A DNA stretch of 64,000 bases from Camelus dromedarius (taxonomy: Eukaryota), in the NCBI RefSeq assembly GCF_036321535.1, contig NC_087447.1:38814001-38878000 (forward strand). The letters run 5' to 3'. The notes under the pieces are model-generated. The model did no database searches, was not told the origin of the DNA, and saw only the letters and a list, made by a program, of their open reading frames with translations. How positions within the stretch are numbered: the first letter of the stretch is position 1; the number at the start of each line of letters is the position of its first letter. This document shows, one piece after another, positions 49,382 through 62,671 of the stretch. The position numbers and the translations under genes were made by a program.

Positions 49382-52300
49382 GGGCGAGAGCAGGGGAGAG
49401 TAGAAATACTTGAGTTCACTTCCTGACACGAGCACACCAAAATCACAACTATCTGCAGAATAATCATCGACAAAGAAAAACAAAAGACAGGAACCTACCA
49501 GAAAAGATCTTCTACAACTAAGCACAACAACCAACTATGAAGAAGGAAACACAACGAGATGGGTAGGAGGGGGTGCACTCACAATATAATCAAATCCCAT
49601 ACCACCCAGGTGGGCAACTCACAAACTGGAGAATTATATGTCAGAGGTTCTCCCACAGGAGTGAGAGTTCTTAGCCCTATGTTAGGCTCCCCACCTTGGG
49701 GATCTGGCACTGGGAAGATGAGCCCCTGGAGCGTTTAGCTTTGAAGGCCAGGAGGGCTCAATTTTGGGAGCCTCACAGGACTGGGGGAAACAGACTTCAC
49801 TCTTAAAAGGCACACACAAAATCCCATGTGCACTAGGACCCAGGGTAAAAGTAATATTTGATAGGAGGCTGGGCCAGATCTACCTGCTGGTCTTAGAGAG
49901 TCTCCTGGAGAGGCTGGGGGAGACACAGATACTGGTGGCAGAAATATTTGGGAACGTTCAACCACAGAAAAACTCCTGGTGGCTGCCCCACCCCATGGCC
50001 TGGAGGCTTCGGTGCTGGGACACCTCAGGCCAAACAACTAACTGGGCAGGGACACAGCTCTGCCCATCAGTGGGCAGGCATCAGTCTCTCCTGCCTGGAA
50101 GCCTGCACAAGCCTCCAGACCAGTCTCATCCACCAGGGGACTGACACCAGAAGCAAGAAAACTATAATCCTGTAGCCTATGGAACCTGTACCCTGGGACC
50201 AGCTGCGCTCTGGCCCCACCCACTAGCAGGCCAATGCAACCTTCGAGCCCCATACCCAACTGTGTCAAGGATCAGCCCACCCACCCATCAATAATCTAAA
50301 ATGAGCTCTGAGACCCTGGGATCTGCAGCCAGATGCCAGGAACCACTCTGTCTGCCGTAATCTAGCACTAACCCTAGGGTCTGGTTGCCAGTAGGTAGGC
50401 AATTAGGGTTCTGCAACCAGCTGCCTCATGACCAGTCCCCACTAAACAGCAAAAAAAACTGCAAAAAGACACAAGTAAGTGGAGGCTACACAATATGCTA
50501 CTAAAAAACCAATGGCTCACTGATGAAATCAAAAATACCTAGAGACAAATGAAAATGAAAACACAGCATTCCAAAACCTATGGGATGCAGCAAAAGCACT
50601 TCTACGAGGGAAGTGTAGAGCAATCAATACAAGCTTACCTCAAGAAACAAGAAAAATCTCAAATAAACAACCTAACCTCATACCTAAAACAACTAGAGAA
50701 AAAAGAACAAACAAAACCCAAAGTTAGTAAGAGGAAAGAAGTCATAAAGATTGGAGCAGAAATAAATGAAATAGAAACTTTAAAAAATAGGAAGATCAAT
50801 TAACTTAAAACCTGGTTCTTTGAAAAGATTTTAAAAATTGATAAACTTTTAGACAAATTCATCAAGAAGAAAAAGGAGATGGCCCAAATCAATAAAATCA
50901 GAAATGAAAAAGGAGAAGTTAGAACCAACACCACAGAAATACAAAGAAGAGTAAGAGATTACTATGAGCACCTATACATCAATAAAATGGAAAGCCTAGA
51001 AGAAACAGACAAATTCTTAGAAAGGTACAATCTCCCAAGACTGAACCAGGAAGAAATGGAAAGTGTGAACAGACCCATTACCAGTACTGAAATTGAATCA
51101 GTAATTAAAAAATAAAAGTCCAGGACCAGATGGCTTCACAAGAGAATTCTACCAACTATTTAGAGAAGAGTTAAGACCTATGCTTCTGAAAGTATTCCAA
51201 AAAGTTGCAGAAGAAGGAACACTTCTGAACTCATGCTATGAGGTCACCATCACCCTGATACCAAAACCAGATAATGATACCCAAAAAAGAAAATTACAGG
51301 CCAATATCACTGATGAACACAGATGAAAAATTCTGGACAAAATGCTAGCAAACTGAATCCAACAATACATTAAAAGACTCAAACACCATGAAGAAGAGGG
51401 ACTTATCCTAGGGACTCAAGGATTTTTCAATATCCCCAAATTAATCAATGTGATACACCATGTTAACAAATTGAAGAATAAAAACCATGTATCATCTCAG
51501 TAGATGCAGAAAAGGCTTTTGATAAAATTCAACATCCATTTATGATAAAACCTCTCCAGAAAATGGGCATAGAGGGAACATACCTCAACATAATAAAGGT
51601 CATATTTGACAAACCCACAGCTAACATTATTCTCAATGGTGAAAAGGTAAAAGCATTCCCTCTAAGATCAGAAACAAGATATGGATTCTCACTCTCACTG
51701 CTTTTATTCAACGTAGTTTTGGAAGTTTTAGCCACAGCAATCAGAAAAGAAAAAGAAATGTATCCAAATTGGAAAGGAAAAAACTAAAGCTGTCATTGTT
51801 TGCAAATGACATGATACTATATATAGAAAATCCCAAAGACACCACCAGAAAACTGCTAGAGCTCATCAATGAATTCAGTAAAGTTGCAGGATATAAAATT
51901 AATACACAGAAATCAGTTGCATTTCTATACACTAATAATGAAATATCACAAAGAGAAATTAAGGAAACAATCTCACTTACCCTCACATCAAAAAGAATGA
52001 AATAACTAGAAATAAACTTACCTAAAGAGGCAAAAGACCTGTGCTCCAAAAACTGTAAGAAACTGGTGAAAGAAACTGAAGATGACACAAACAGATGGAA
52101 AGATGTGCTATGTTCTTGGATTGCAAAAATAAATATTGTTAAATGACCAGACTACCCAAAGCAATCTACAGATTCAAAGCAATCCCTGTCAAATTACCAG
52201 TGACATTTTTCACAGAAAAATGTTAAAACTTGTATGAAAATAAAAAAGATCCTGAATAGCCAAAACAATCTTGAGAAAGAACAATGGAGCTAGAGGAATT

Positions 52301-53825
52301 ATCCTTCCTGACTTGAGACTATACTACAAAACTACAGTAATCAAAACAGCATGGTACTGGCACAAAAACAGACACATAGATCAATGGAACTGGATATAAA
52401 ATCCAGAAATAAACCCATACACTTATGGCCAATTAATCTACAACAAAGGAGGCAAGAACATACAATGGAGAAGAGACAGTCTCGTCAACACATCGTGCTG
52501 GGAAAATTGGACAGCTACATGTAAAAAGAGGAAATTAAAACATTGTCTAACACCACATACAAAAATAAACTCCAAATGGATTAAAGACCTAAATGTAAGA
52601 CTGGATACTACAAAACTCCTAGAGGAAAACATAGGCAGAACACTCTTTTGACATAAATCACAGCAATATTTTTTAGAATCCAGCTACTACAGTAATGGAA
52701 ACAAAAGCAAAAATATATAAATGGGACCTAAAAGCTTAAAAGCTTTTTCCTTTTTTTTTCACAGCAAAGGAAAACATAAACAAAATGAAAAGACAACCTA
52801 CAGAATGGGAGAAAATATTTGCAAATGATGTAACCGACAAGGGATTAATTTCCAAAATATACAAATAGCTTATAAGCTCAATATCAAAAAAAAAGAAAAA
52901 AGAAAAGAAAACCTAATCAGTAAATAGGCAGAAGACCTAAACAGACATTTCTCCAAAGATGACATCCAGATGGCCAACAGGCACATGAAAACATCCTCAC
53001 CATCACTAATTATTAGAGAAATGCAAACCAAAACTACAATGAGGTATCACCTAACATTGTTCAGAATGGCCATCATCAAAAAATCTACAAATGATGGAGA
53101 GGGTGTGGAGAAAAGGGGACCATCCTACACTGTGCATGGGAATGTAAGCTGGTTCTAGCCACCATGGAAACCAGTATGAAGGTTCCTTAAAAAACTACAG
53201 AGTTATATGATCCAGCAATCCCACTCCTGGGCATATATCCAAAAAGATACATGCTCCCCAATATTCATAGCAGCACTATTTACAATAGCCAAGACATGGA
53301 AGCCACCTAAATATCCATCAATAGATGAATGGATGAAAAAGATGTGGTATGTGTGTATGTATATATATGTGTATGTGTGTGTGTATATATATGGAATATT
53401 ATTCAGCAATTAAAATGAAATAATGCCATTTGCAGCATCATGGATGGACATAGAGATTATCACACTAAGTGGAGTAAGTCAGACAGAGAAACATAAATAT
53501 CATATGTGGACTCTAAGAAATGATACAAATGAATTTATTTATAAAACAGAAATAGACTCACAGACATAAAAAACAAACTTATGGTTACCAAAGGAGAAAA
53601 AGGAAGAGGGATAAATTAGGAATTTGGGATTAACAGATACATACTACTATATATAAAATGGATAAACAACAAGGACCTACTGTATGGCACAGTGAATTAT
53701 ATTCAATATTTTTAATAATTTCTAATTGAAAAGAATCTGAAAGAGATTATATATATGTATGTATAAATGAATCACTTTGTTGTACATCTGAAACATTGTA
53801 AATCAACTATACTTCCTTCAATTTA
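49382..53825 (+). mobile_element. LINE-1 with both termini but internal deletion of ORF1 and most of the endonuclease domain
   Basis: 5'UTR 49382-50451 joined to ORF2 at about 50452; frameshifted ORF2 with RT motif SLFANDMILY; complete 3'UTR; TSD AAAAAGACTGAAATA (49367-49381) / AAAAAGTTTGAAATA (53826-53840) at a TT|AAAA site, inside an older L1ME-like fragment. Confidence 0.9.
50452..53520 (+). pseudogene. L1 ORF2p remnant (endonuclease tail, RT, C-terminal region)
   Basis: Fragments [70 protein letters not shown] (catalytic D->N at 51805), KTTMRYHL; many stops and frameshifts. Confidence 0.9.
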
Positions 53826-55859
53826 AAAAAGTTTGAAATATATCCCTCATTGTCCATGGTGTATTGTCAAATGAGAAAAGCAATTTGCAGAGTTATATTT
53901 ATAGTACGATTCCAGAACATCTACCAACAAACACTAACACCAACCAAAAAAGTCCAAGCTATATGTTTGTATTTCTTTGAGAATAAATGAAATGTAGTAA
54001 GATATACAACACATTGTTAAAGTTGATAATCTCAGGAGGATTAGAATGGAGGGCAGTGGGAACAGATTTTTAACCTTCTCAAAATACAGTTTTGGATGGT
54101 TTCATGGGTTATAATAATCGATAGTGTAATTTTTAATTTAATAAAGGAAAAGTAATATAAAAACAAAACTAAAGGAAATTTTAATTCAGAAAAACAATAA
54201 CAAAAATAAATCCTGTCATTTCAACACCTCCACCCTGCCGCAGGGCCCTCTCTCTGTCCAGATTTATTTCGTAGCTGCAATCCCAATGTGCATATCAGCT
54301 TTTCACTTAAATTTACATCTTAAATTCTTCTGCTTGTCACCCCTAAGTCCTTGCAAAGATTATTGCCTTTATCTTTACTACCTTGCAAAGGGCCAATAAA
54401 CTACAATTTATCAAACCACTATTTCAAAGTGGATAGCATGAGGATCATTGCAACACTAGGTCTGTCATCCTAGTTTATGCTTTTAATCATTATTTTTCCT
54501 TGAGGGGCCTTTTCTATTATGATTTTTTGAGGTACAAGCCATATTAGTTTCTTTTTTATTCTAGTAATGGTTTAGAGGGTAAATACACTGTTTCAACATT
54601 ATTCATCATTAACTTCAGACCTTCCATAAATATCCCATGCACCGTAACCATCAATTTATATCCATCTCTTCCAGCATAACTTTACAATTTTTTTTATGGC
54701 AGATAAAGAGTTAGGTCCTTTTTGGATTTTCCTACTTCCTTCATGCTTTCTCATTAATCATTGGCTTAACCTGAGAGCTCATTCACCTCTTTTTGTGTCT
54801 CCCATAAAGGGGGGAAATAAGAATATATACTTATGTATATTTGTTGGCATAAGAAACTTCTTTCAGTGGTTATATCTACTAGCTAGATACAGAAACAGTC
54901 TTACCTGTGGTGAGGTGGGGTGGGAGCCAGGTGGATGGAGAATAAGATTGAAGGGACACAGGAATTTCACAATATCTATCTACCAGCTCTCAGCTCTGCC
55001 TTTCTCTCTTCAAGGTGTAATACCTATTAAAAAAAAAAAATCTGATGGGCCCAAATTAGAATAGTTTCATATTCCTCTACTACAACTTACAATATCTGAA
55101 GACAATGAATTCTATTTTTAGAATTTTTAAAGAAAAAGAGAATGATGTAAATGGCTGTGACTATTCATTACTTTTTTATGAAAGACATTTTAAGACCTGA
55201 AATTTCTCAGAAACAGTACCACTCAAATAGTTATTCTATTGAAATCATTGGAGGGCCTTATGTAGAATAATCAGTGTTAAATGGAGAAATACGGGCTACA
55301 GAAATGCGTAAATAATAAGCAATAAACCCAGTGACTCCATATAAAATGTAACTATTATTTTAACCACCTGTTTGGAAAATAAGTGAAAATAACCTCAGTG
55401 GGGAAATGTGGTTTCTAAAACCAAGAGTCGATAATAAAGGAGTGATTTCACACTAAAAATGTTTATTTCTCATTTACATAAAGTCCAGCAGGCAGAGGTG
55501 GGAGGGAGCAAGCATCCTCGACATCTCTTTGCACACGTTGTTTCCAGGGACTATGTATATTTGGGTCATATCTATCTTGTTTCACCATTAGAATCTCCTA
55601 TAGTACCAATTTTATCTTTTTGTAGTTTTCTCTGATTCTAATCATTGTAGAGCAAAATTTTAAGCTGCTTTGTCTGTATTCACAACTGCCAATTCCTTGA
55701 GATTAACTTGAGGATTTTGTTCTGTTTTAATTTTCATGCAGGTCATGGGATACAAAGAAAAGTAGGAAAATGATCCTAGAAAAAGAAAATTATCTCTGTC
55801 ACTAAAGGATTCACAGCCCAGAAAAACAGACAGGCATACAAACAAACAACCACAGCAAT

Positions 55860-56090
55860 ATAAAAAGCAGCACTGGAGAGAGATGTGTGGGAACAAATCA
55901 GGGGAAGCAATTCATTCTTCCTGGAGTCGAGAAAGATGACATCTGACCTCAGCTGAAGATGACTTTGTCCCCCATAAGCATATGGACGGGGAGCATTCTA
56001 AGCAGAGGGAAAAGCATCTGCAAGTATACGGTGCCTTGATTAGGGAGGGCCTGCTAGGAAATTGGCAAGAATAGCACGTGTGAGGAGAGA
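55860..56090 (-). mobile_element. L2 fragment
   Basis: GGGGAGCATTCTAAGCAGAGGGAAAAGCATCTGCAAG and flanks. Confidence 0.5.
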
Positions 56091-56969
56091 GACTACGGCT
56101 TTTTGTGCAATTCAACTCGAAATGATCTCTTGTTGATCGTTCAGTTCTTCCAGAAAGGTGTCATTTTGTAAGTAAATCAATTCAACAGAAGTACGCTTTA
56201 AATTCTAAAAAGATGCTGCAAATCCCTAGCTCTCTAAGGATAGCTTCAGGATGCTCTGCAAACACACCACATAGCATCAACATCCCAGTGTGATGGGAGG
56301 TGGAAGATGGATTTTTAACTGTCAGAATTGTGAGGCAACTGTCAACGTACACGAAATCAGCCACATAAATACCACAGGCCTCCCCACTCTGGGACAGCAT
56401 GAAACCTCAAACTTTTTATCAAGTTAGGAAATAAAAAATAAAGGGAGTCTCTGCCTGTGCCTTCTCATGGAGGTTCAGCCCTTTCCACACCCACATTTCC
56501 TGTACCCCCTTTCCCCAAACATTGTCCTTCAGTGCCCAGTGTGTGTCCTCCTTCACTAAACAACGTCTCTCCTTCAGCTCTGCACTTAGTGCTCAAGTTT
56601 TGCTTTCTTGAAATACCAAACATGTGAAAAGAAAAAATCATACTTTGAGCTGGACTTGCACAGAAAGGCCAGTATTCCTGCCACAGCTTCTCTGAGAAAC
56701 TGCGAGAGCTTTGGTTCCGTGATAGGCAATGCTGAGCTAACCCGACTGGGGCCAGGACAAGCTGATGGAGAAGGAGAACAGATCTTCTAAAGTGGGAATT
56801 CACCCAGCCCACAGCACTGTCCTGCCGCCTACTCTGATCATGGACCAAGAAACCCGGGCACTGATGAGAATTTTGCATGAATAATGCATGATGGCCTGGG
56901 ATGGTTGAGGCTCTTAAGACGGACATTTCCCAGAATGACAATGGGCTCAGGTTGTCTCAGACATTTCAA

Positions 56970-57760
56970 CTAAATTCAACAAATGTTTATTCAATGCTTG
57001 AAGCATGGCTGCAAGTCATTGCTCCAGTTCTGAAGCACCTTCTGCAGAGGCCAAGATAAAGACCGTTCCAGGCTTGTCCTCCAGAGCTTAAAACCTTAGG
57101 AGAGAGATGGGGCAAGTGTACAGACATGCAATAAAATGCAGAATAGTGCAAATGCCACAGAGAGGGACCACCAAGTGTAAGTGTCTGGGCAGGCTGAGAG
57201 GAAACTAGCTCACTCGTGGATGAGGGATGCCTGAAGGAAATGTCAACTGAGATGGATCTGAAGAACGAGACAGCCATAGCTTTAAGCACCAGCTGTGTGC
57301 CAGATGTTAACATGCAACTTTACAGTTAATCCCCCCAACAGCCCCACCCAAGAGGTGTTGCCAACCCAATTTCACTAATGAGTAAATTGAGGCTCTGGGA
57401 GGTTCAACAGCATTCTCCAAACCACAGCTATTAGAAGATAAAACCAAAGGGGAATCCCAGATATGTCTTTTCCTACAACACGAGATGACTTTTCCAGGAG
57501 TAAAGATGGGGAAGGTCACCAAGAGTAAAGAAATAGCTGAACAAAGGCATGAAGGCAGCAAAGGGCAAAATATACTATGAAAACATGTGAAATGCAATCT
57601 CGTTAAACTTGTAAGAAAGAGTGGAGGTTAAGCTTTGAATGCCAGGTAAGAGGTTTCTATTTTTACTGACAATAGGAGTCATGGAAAGTGTAGCCAAAAT
57701 GACATGGTTAGCAAGTGGACCTAGATAAATTGCTCAGGTGAGGTGCAAGTGGGAAGAAAT
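56970..57760 (-). mobile_element. L2 fragment interrupted by a MIR (about 57280-57470)
   Basis: ATTCAACAAATGTTTATT...CTGAGATGGATCTGAAG; MIR TTAATCCCCCCAACAGCCC..ATGAGTAAATTGAGGCTC; L2 resumes with GCTTTGAATGCCAGG..AATAGGAGTCATGGAAAG. Confidence 0.55.
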
Positions 57761-59445
57761 GAAAGTTTAACAGTCTGGAGTTGAGAAGGTATCAAACTTT
57801 GGTGTGGGATGCATCTGCCTGACTTTCTCCTTTGCATCACACACACATACTGCATCATTGAAACCACATGGTGCCTATCTGCAAACTTAGAGACCCATCT
57901 TGTTCTTACAAGAGTCACTGACCCAGGGGACCCCTTCCAGTACCAAGGCAAAGGGTGACCCAGAGGTCAGAGGTGACTCATTTCTGGCTCACACAAATAT
58001 TCTTGGGGAAATCTCAAAAATATTTCTTGAGAAAAACTCCATGAAAGGCCACAATCACTGGAGGTAATCCTCAATCATTGGGGTTCAGTATTCAAATAAA
58101 GGATGGCCTTATGGGGTAGAGAGCTTGAGGAAATCTGAAATTAATTAATTAGTTAATAAATAAACTAATTAATTAGTGTCTTATTTTTCATTTGGGTAAT
58201 TTTCATTTGGTTAACTCTGTATCTCAGTTGAATGTACTAAGATAGCCCTGGGCCAGACATGCATTCATTCATTCATTCATTCAGCACATTTACTTAATTG
58301 TATTAAAAAATGAAAACAGACATGATAGAAGCCCCTTGGATCTCCTTGCGTCAACCCTTGTCCTCTTTCCTCTTTTTTATCTCTTTCCTCTTTTTTTTCT
58401 GCTACCTCCTCCTCCCTCATCCTTGATGAGCAGAGAAGCTGCAACGCTGAAAACAACAGCTCTTGAAAGAACTGTCCTGGAGTTGCACCAATGATCCCGA
58501 ACAAGAGGCACGGTTCCAAGCCCAAGATTCACGGCAGTTAGTGACGAAAATGACTACCTAAGCCAAACCCAAAGGACACATACGCCTCTCCACTCTCCAC
58601 CCTATAAAACCACAATCCCACTTTGACTCAGAGTCACTTGATCTCACGAGCTCATGGATGCACATTAGCTGAGTAAAACCTTTAGTCTCTATTCAGTCAC
58701 TTAAACTATTTTCCCTTGACAATCTCTTGAGTAAGTTAGGCACTTCATTCACTTACTTATATATACTGTTGCATTTAACCTCCACAAATAACCTTTATCT
58801 AGAAATATTATTCCTGGTTTACATATGTCAATACGGAAACTTAGGGAAATTGGATAACTTGCCCAAAGTCAGTACATGGTACAGCCATGGTTTAAACCCT
58901 GATCTACCGGACTCCAACCACAGGTGCAGCAGAGAGATAGAAACCAGGAGACGGGGGACAGTGGTGTCAGGAAGCTGAGGGGAAAGGAGTGACTACCTGC
59001 TGTGTACCAGGCCCTGTGCTACCTGCTGTCACACACTCTGTCTCCTTTCATCTTTACAAGCCAGTAAGTCCTATGATGTCCAGTTTACAAACGCAGGCCT
59101 GGAGACTCAAAAGGGTAAGTAACTTGTCTGAGTTCACACAAACAGGCAATGCTCTTCACTCCTTCCCCACCCACTTACCAGGGACCAAGTGCCACCAACT
59201 GCCCTGCCCGCACATTCAGTGAATTCTTCCCAACTTATGGGCAGCTTCCTTTTGGCTCTCAAACGCATGAATTCTCAAAGGACATCCATGCTGTCTAAGT
59301 CTTATACCTCATCCCCAGCTCCAGCTCCTTCCTTTCATCCATGATGGAAAAAATAAGTTTATATTTGCCACCTTCACTTCCTCACCTCCCAGCAATTCAT
59401 TTCAGCCTTGCTTCTGCCCCTGCCACTCCTCTCATCTCAGGCCAC

Positions 59446-59901
59446 ATATTAATCAGGTTCTCCAGGGCAACAAAATCAACAGACTATAAATAGAGAGAAA
59501 GAAATTTATTATAAGGATTGGCTCACGTGATTGTGGAGGCTGAGTCCCCGTGATCTGTCATCTGCAAGGTGGAGACCCAGAAAAGCCAGGGGTGCTGCTC
59601 CAATCTGAGTCTGAAGTCCTGAAAGCCAGGGGAGCCAGTGGTGAAAGCCCCAGTCCCAGGGCAGGAGAAGACTGATGGCCCAGCTTAGTACACAGGCAGA
59701 AACAACTCTTCCTTCCTCTCCCTTCGCTCTGTTCAGGCTGTAGATGGGTTGGGTGATGCCCACCCATGTTGGGGAGAATCTACCAGTTCAAGTGCTAATT
59801 TCATCCAGGAACACTCTCACAAGATACATCCAGAATAATGTTTAACTGAGTATCTGGGTATCCTGAGGCCTGGTCAAGTTGACCCACAGAATTAACCACA
59901 C
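59446..59901 (-). mobile_element. ERVL solo LTR (MLT2-like)
   Basis: GGTTCTCCAG..ATTTATTATAAGGATTGGCTCACGTGATTGTGGAGGCTG..TGGAGACCCAG..GATGCCCACCCA..CCAGAATAATGTTT..GTCAAGTTGAC..AATTAACCACACA. Confidence 0.85.
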
Positions 59902-60678
59902 AGTCCACTAAAGACTCCCTAATGGTCAAATCCAGCAATTGCTTCTCAGCCTCCACCCTTGCTGAGGCTTATACGGATTTGATGGTATTTATGTAGAGTT
60001 TATATATAAAGTAGGTAGAAGTGGAGATACTCTGATTGGAGCAGGGCAGGGGGCCTGACCCAGCCTCCATTCCTCCTCCTCCTTCCCTGCAGTACTCCCT
60101 GAAGCACCTCAAGGGAGCCCTGGAGTTCTGAGAGGCAGAGATCGGGTACCACCCTAGAGAGAGAAGAGCTCAAGACTTGACAATTGACTGGCAGGGTTTA
60201 GATGCTTAACACCCCCAAATTCACCTCTGTAACTCTAAAGAGTAAAGGAAGCCAATGGTAGACCGATCCAGAGTGGGGCTCTGGCTGGAAGGAGAGGTGG
60301 GTAGTTCAAGGGAGTTGACTGATGGATAAAAGAAAAAGAGACCTACCTGACAGGCTGACACCACCACAAACTTGGAACCAGAAACACGCGGAAGAAAAAC
60401 CTTTAGGACTTACTCTCAACTCCAAACCCTTAAAAGAAAGCCCACACCTCGGAGTAACTTGCACTGCGAGCTCTTTGAGGGAAGGGACCAAGGATTCTCA
60501 GGGCAAGTTCTAAAAAACATTGATGGGTGGGCATAAAATTGAGATCTACCCACATGTAATGCATTTTTCCTCTTCAGTGAAATCACACTGAGTTCTGAAC
60601 CTACAGCTCTCCATGGGTCCAGAGAGCAACTAGTGCTGATTTTTCTATATTTATGTTAGCCATTTCCAGCCAGTTGCC

Positions 60679-61754
60679 ATGGAAATCCAGAAGGTAAGCA
60701 AGGTACCAACACGGAGTGAAATCCAACTTTGAGAAATCTTACACGATTATAGAAAGTTTGCTTGTTTGTTGGATAGTTGTTAAAACGTTAGAGTTTTTCA
60801 CAGCAGTACTCTGTTTTTCTGTCAGAGGAATGAATAATGAACAGAACGTATGCTTGACCTGGGAATTCAGGAAAGATGGCCATGTGGTTTTCGCTTTTTT
60901 CCTCTTACAGATCTCAGCACCTGTCAACTTAACTCACACAGATTCAGAGTGAGGCGCTTTCTCTTCATTTTACGAATTTTATGACAATGCTATCTATTTC
61001 CTGTCAAATTAGTGCACTTCCCCTTTCTGCTAGCCTTTTGTTATGTAGACCTATAGATAATTTTATTTCTAGTGTCCTTGTCTTTATTAAACCGATACCT
61101 TCTACTGGATTAAATTGGGTCATAAAAATTGTATCACATTATTTTATGTAGCATAAATATAATGTCATGTGTTCAGTGTACTGTCAAGTCTTGGTGGTAA
61201 TGAATAACCGACTTTCATTGCCCGCTGAGAATGCTGACTGACCCTCCCACTCCACAGCAGTGGCTGATAGTAGACTATTTTCAAGCTACACCATCTCTGC
61301 TTTCCCCTAAGAATTACCTGGTGAGCTGGTGAGACAATCACCTATTCTATCCAGCTTAATGGATTGTCTCTCCAGTGAAAAAAGAAAAAATAAAGGAAAA
61401 TAAATTTACAGCTGTCCCCCTCTTTGTTTGTGACTTAGATTCCCTTATGAGGTTTTTCTTAGGCAGTAAGAAATGAAATACTTTAAATTTTGAGAAAATG
61501 TGTGGTCTCTTGGTGAGTGACCAGGCTGATGGGACCTACTTCTTCAGTCTTCAGTGTCTTGTGATGTCTTCTGAGACCAGTGTCCTAATAATCAGGGGCA
61601 GCTGTCCACTCACTTAGCCAGGGTCCTCTTGGCCTCAGAAGACTGGGGCCAAGACATAATGAGACAGCGTCTCCAGGAGGACAAGTTGAGAATGGCAGAA
61701 GCCAGGAAATTGAGTAATTCCCAGTCTGGAAGTCTCCAGAGGCAAACTGCCCAG
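60679..61754 (+). CDS. Tentative 5' coding exons of an unidentified gene (60679-60693, 60911-60948, 61622-61754)
   Basis: Kozak GCCATGG; donors AAG|GTAAGC, AGA|GTGAGG and CAG|GTGAGT; acceptors TTTTCGCTTTTTCCTCTTACAG and CACTCACTTAGCCAG; the spliced frame stays open. No protein recognised. Confidence 0.25.
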
Positions 61755-62457
61755 GTGAGTCCAGAAACCTCCAATGCCCAGCCTGGCTGGAGTCTTGACT
61801 GGGGAGAAGTTTCCTAAGGGAACGAAGCATCCCTGCGTTCAGCCCTAAACTCGGGGACAGTGGAAAGAGAGGGGGCTAGTGAGCTCCACTTTCTGAAATA
61901 AAAATGTGTGTTTAAAGGTCTCCAAGGCTTTCCTTATCCATCTCTTGAGGGAGTCAGGGACTCTGCACCCAAGACCAAGACCAGGACGGTAAAGACCCTG
62001 CAGGGCTCTGATTTCTGTCACTCCCTCTCTGCATCCCTGCTGAGACCCGCAGTGAAGTCCTTAAAACACAAAGGTGCAAGTGCCGGACTCTGAGAGCAGG
62101 GAGGAAGGAGGGAATCGGATCCACTGCAGCCCTCTGTGCCAGAGACTGGGGAGACTGGGGAGAGAAGACCAGGGGAAGGGAGTGACTGAAGCTCCAGAGG
62201 AGAGAAAAGCGGCCAAGTCGCCGAGGTTTTCTGCCAGGGAAAGAAAACGGAAAGAGTGGGGCGCTAGCCAGGCCTGAGCCAACCTGGGGCAGAGCAGCGG
62301 AGAGGCCCAGCCTAGAGCTCCTGATCGCTCATCCCCTCTAATCAAGGAGGGGAGGCCACGGAGGGCCAAAGAGGCCAGGATTCCAATCTCTGCCGCTGTT
62401 GGCTACGTAAACATGGGCCAGGGTCTTCATCACCAAGTGCCTCTGTAAAACAGGCAC

Positions 62458-62671
62458 GATACTAACTACTATGCATAAAATAGATAAACAGCAAAGTCCT
62501 ATCGTACAGCACAGGGAACTATATTCAATACCTTGTAATAGCCTATAATGAAAAAAAAATAGAAAAAGGAATATATATATATATTTATATATATGTAAAA
62601 CTGAATCACTGTGCTGTACACCAGAAATTAACATAACATTGTAAACCAACTATACTTCAATTAAAAAAAAA
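62458..62671 (+). mobile_element. Short 5'-truncated L1 3' end
   Basis: Matches the 3' ends at 9958-10150 and 53635-53830 (AAAATAGATAAAC..GCACAGGGAACTATATTCAATA..CTGAATCACT..CAACTATACTTCAATTAAAA); no clear TSD. Confidence 0.85.

Noticed and set aside
26721..53825. The two partial L1s as a cooperating split (ORF1 + ORF2) system
   Set aside because: Both are disabled by stops or frameshifts, ORF2 lacks most of its endonuclease and a catalytic Asp, and each has its own TSD, so they are independent insertions.
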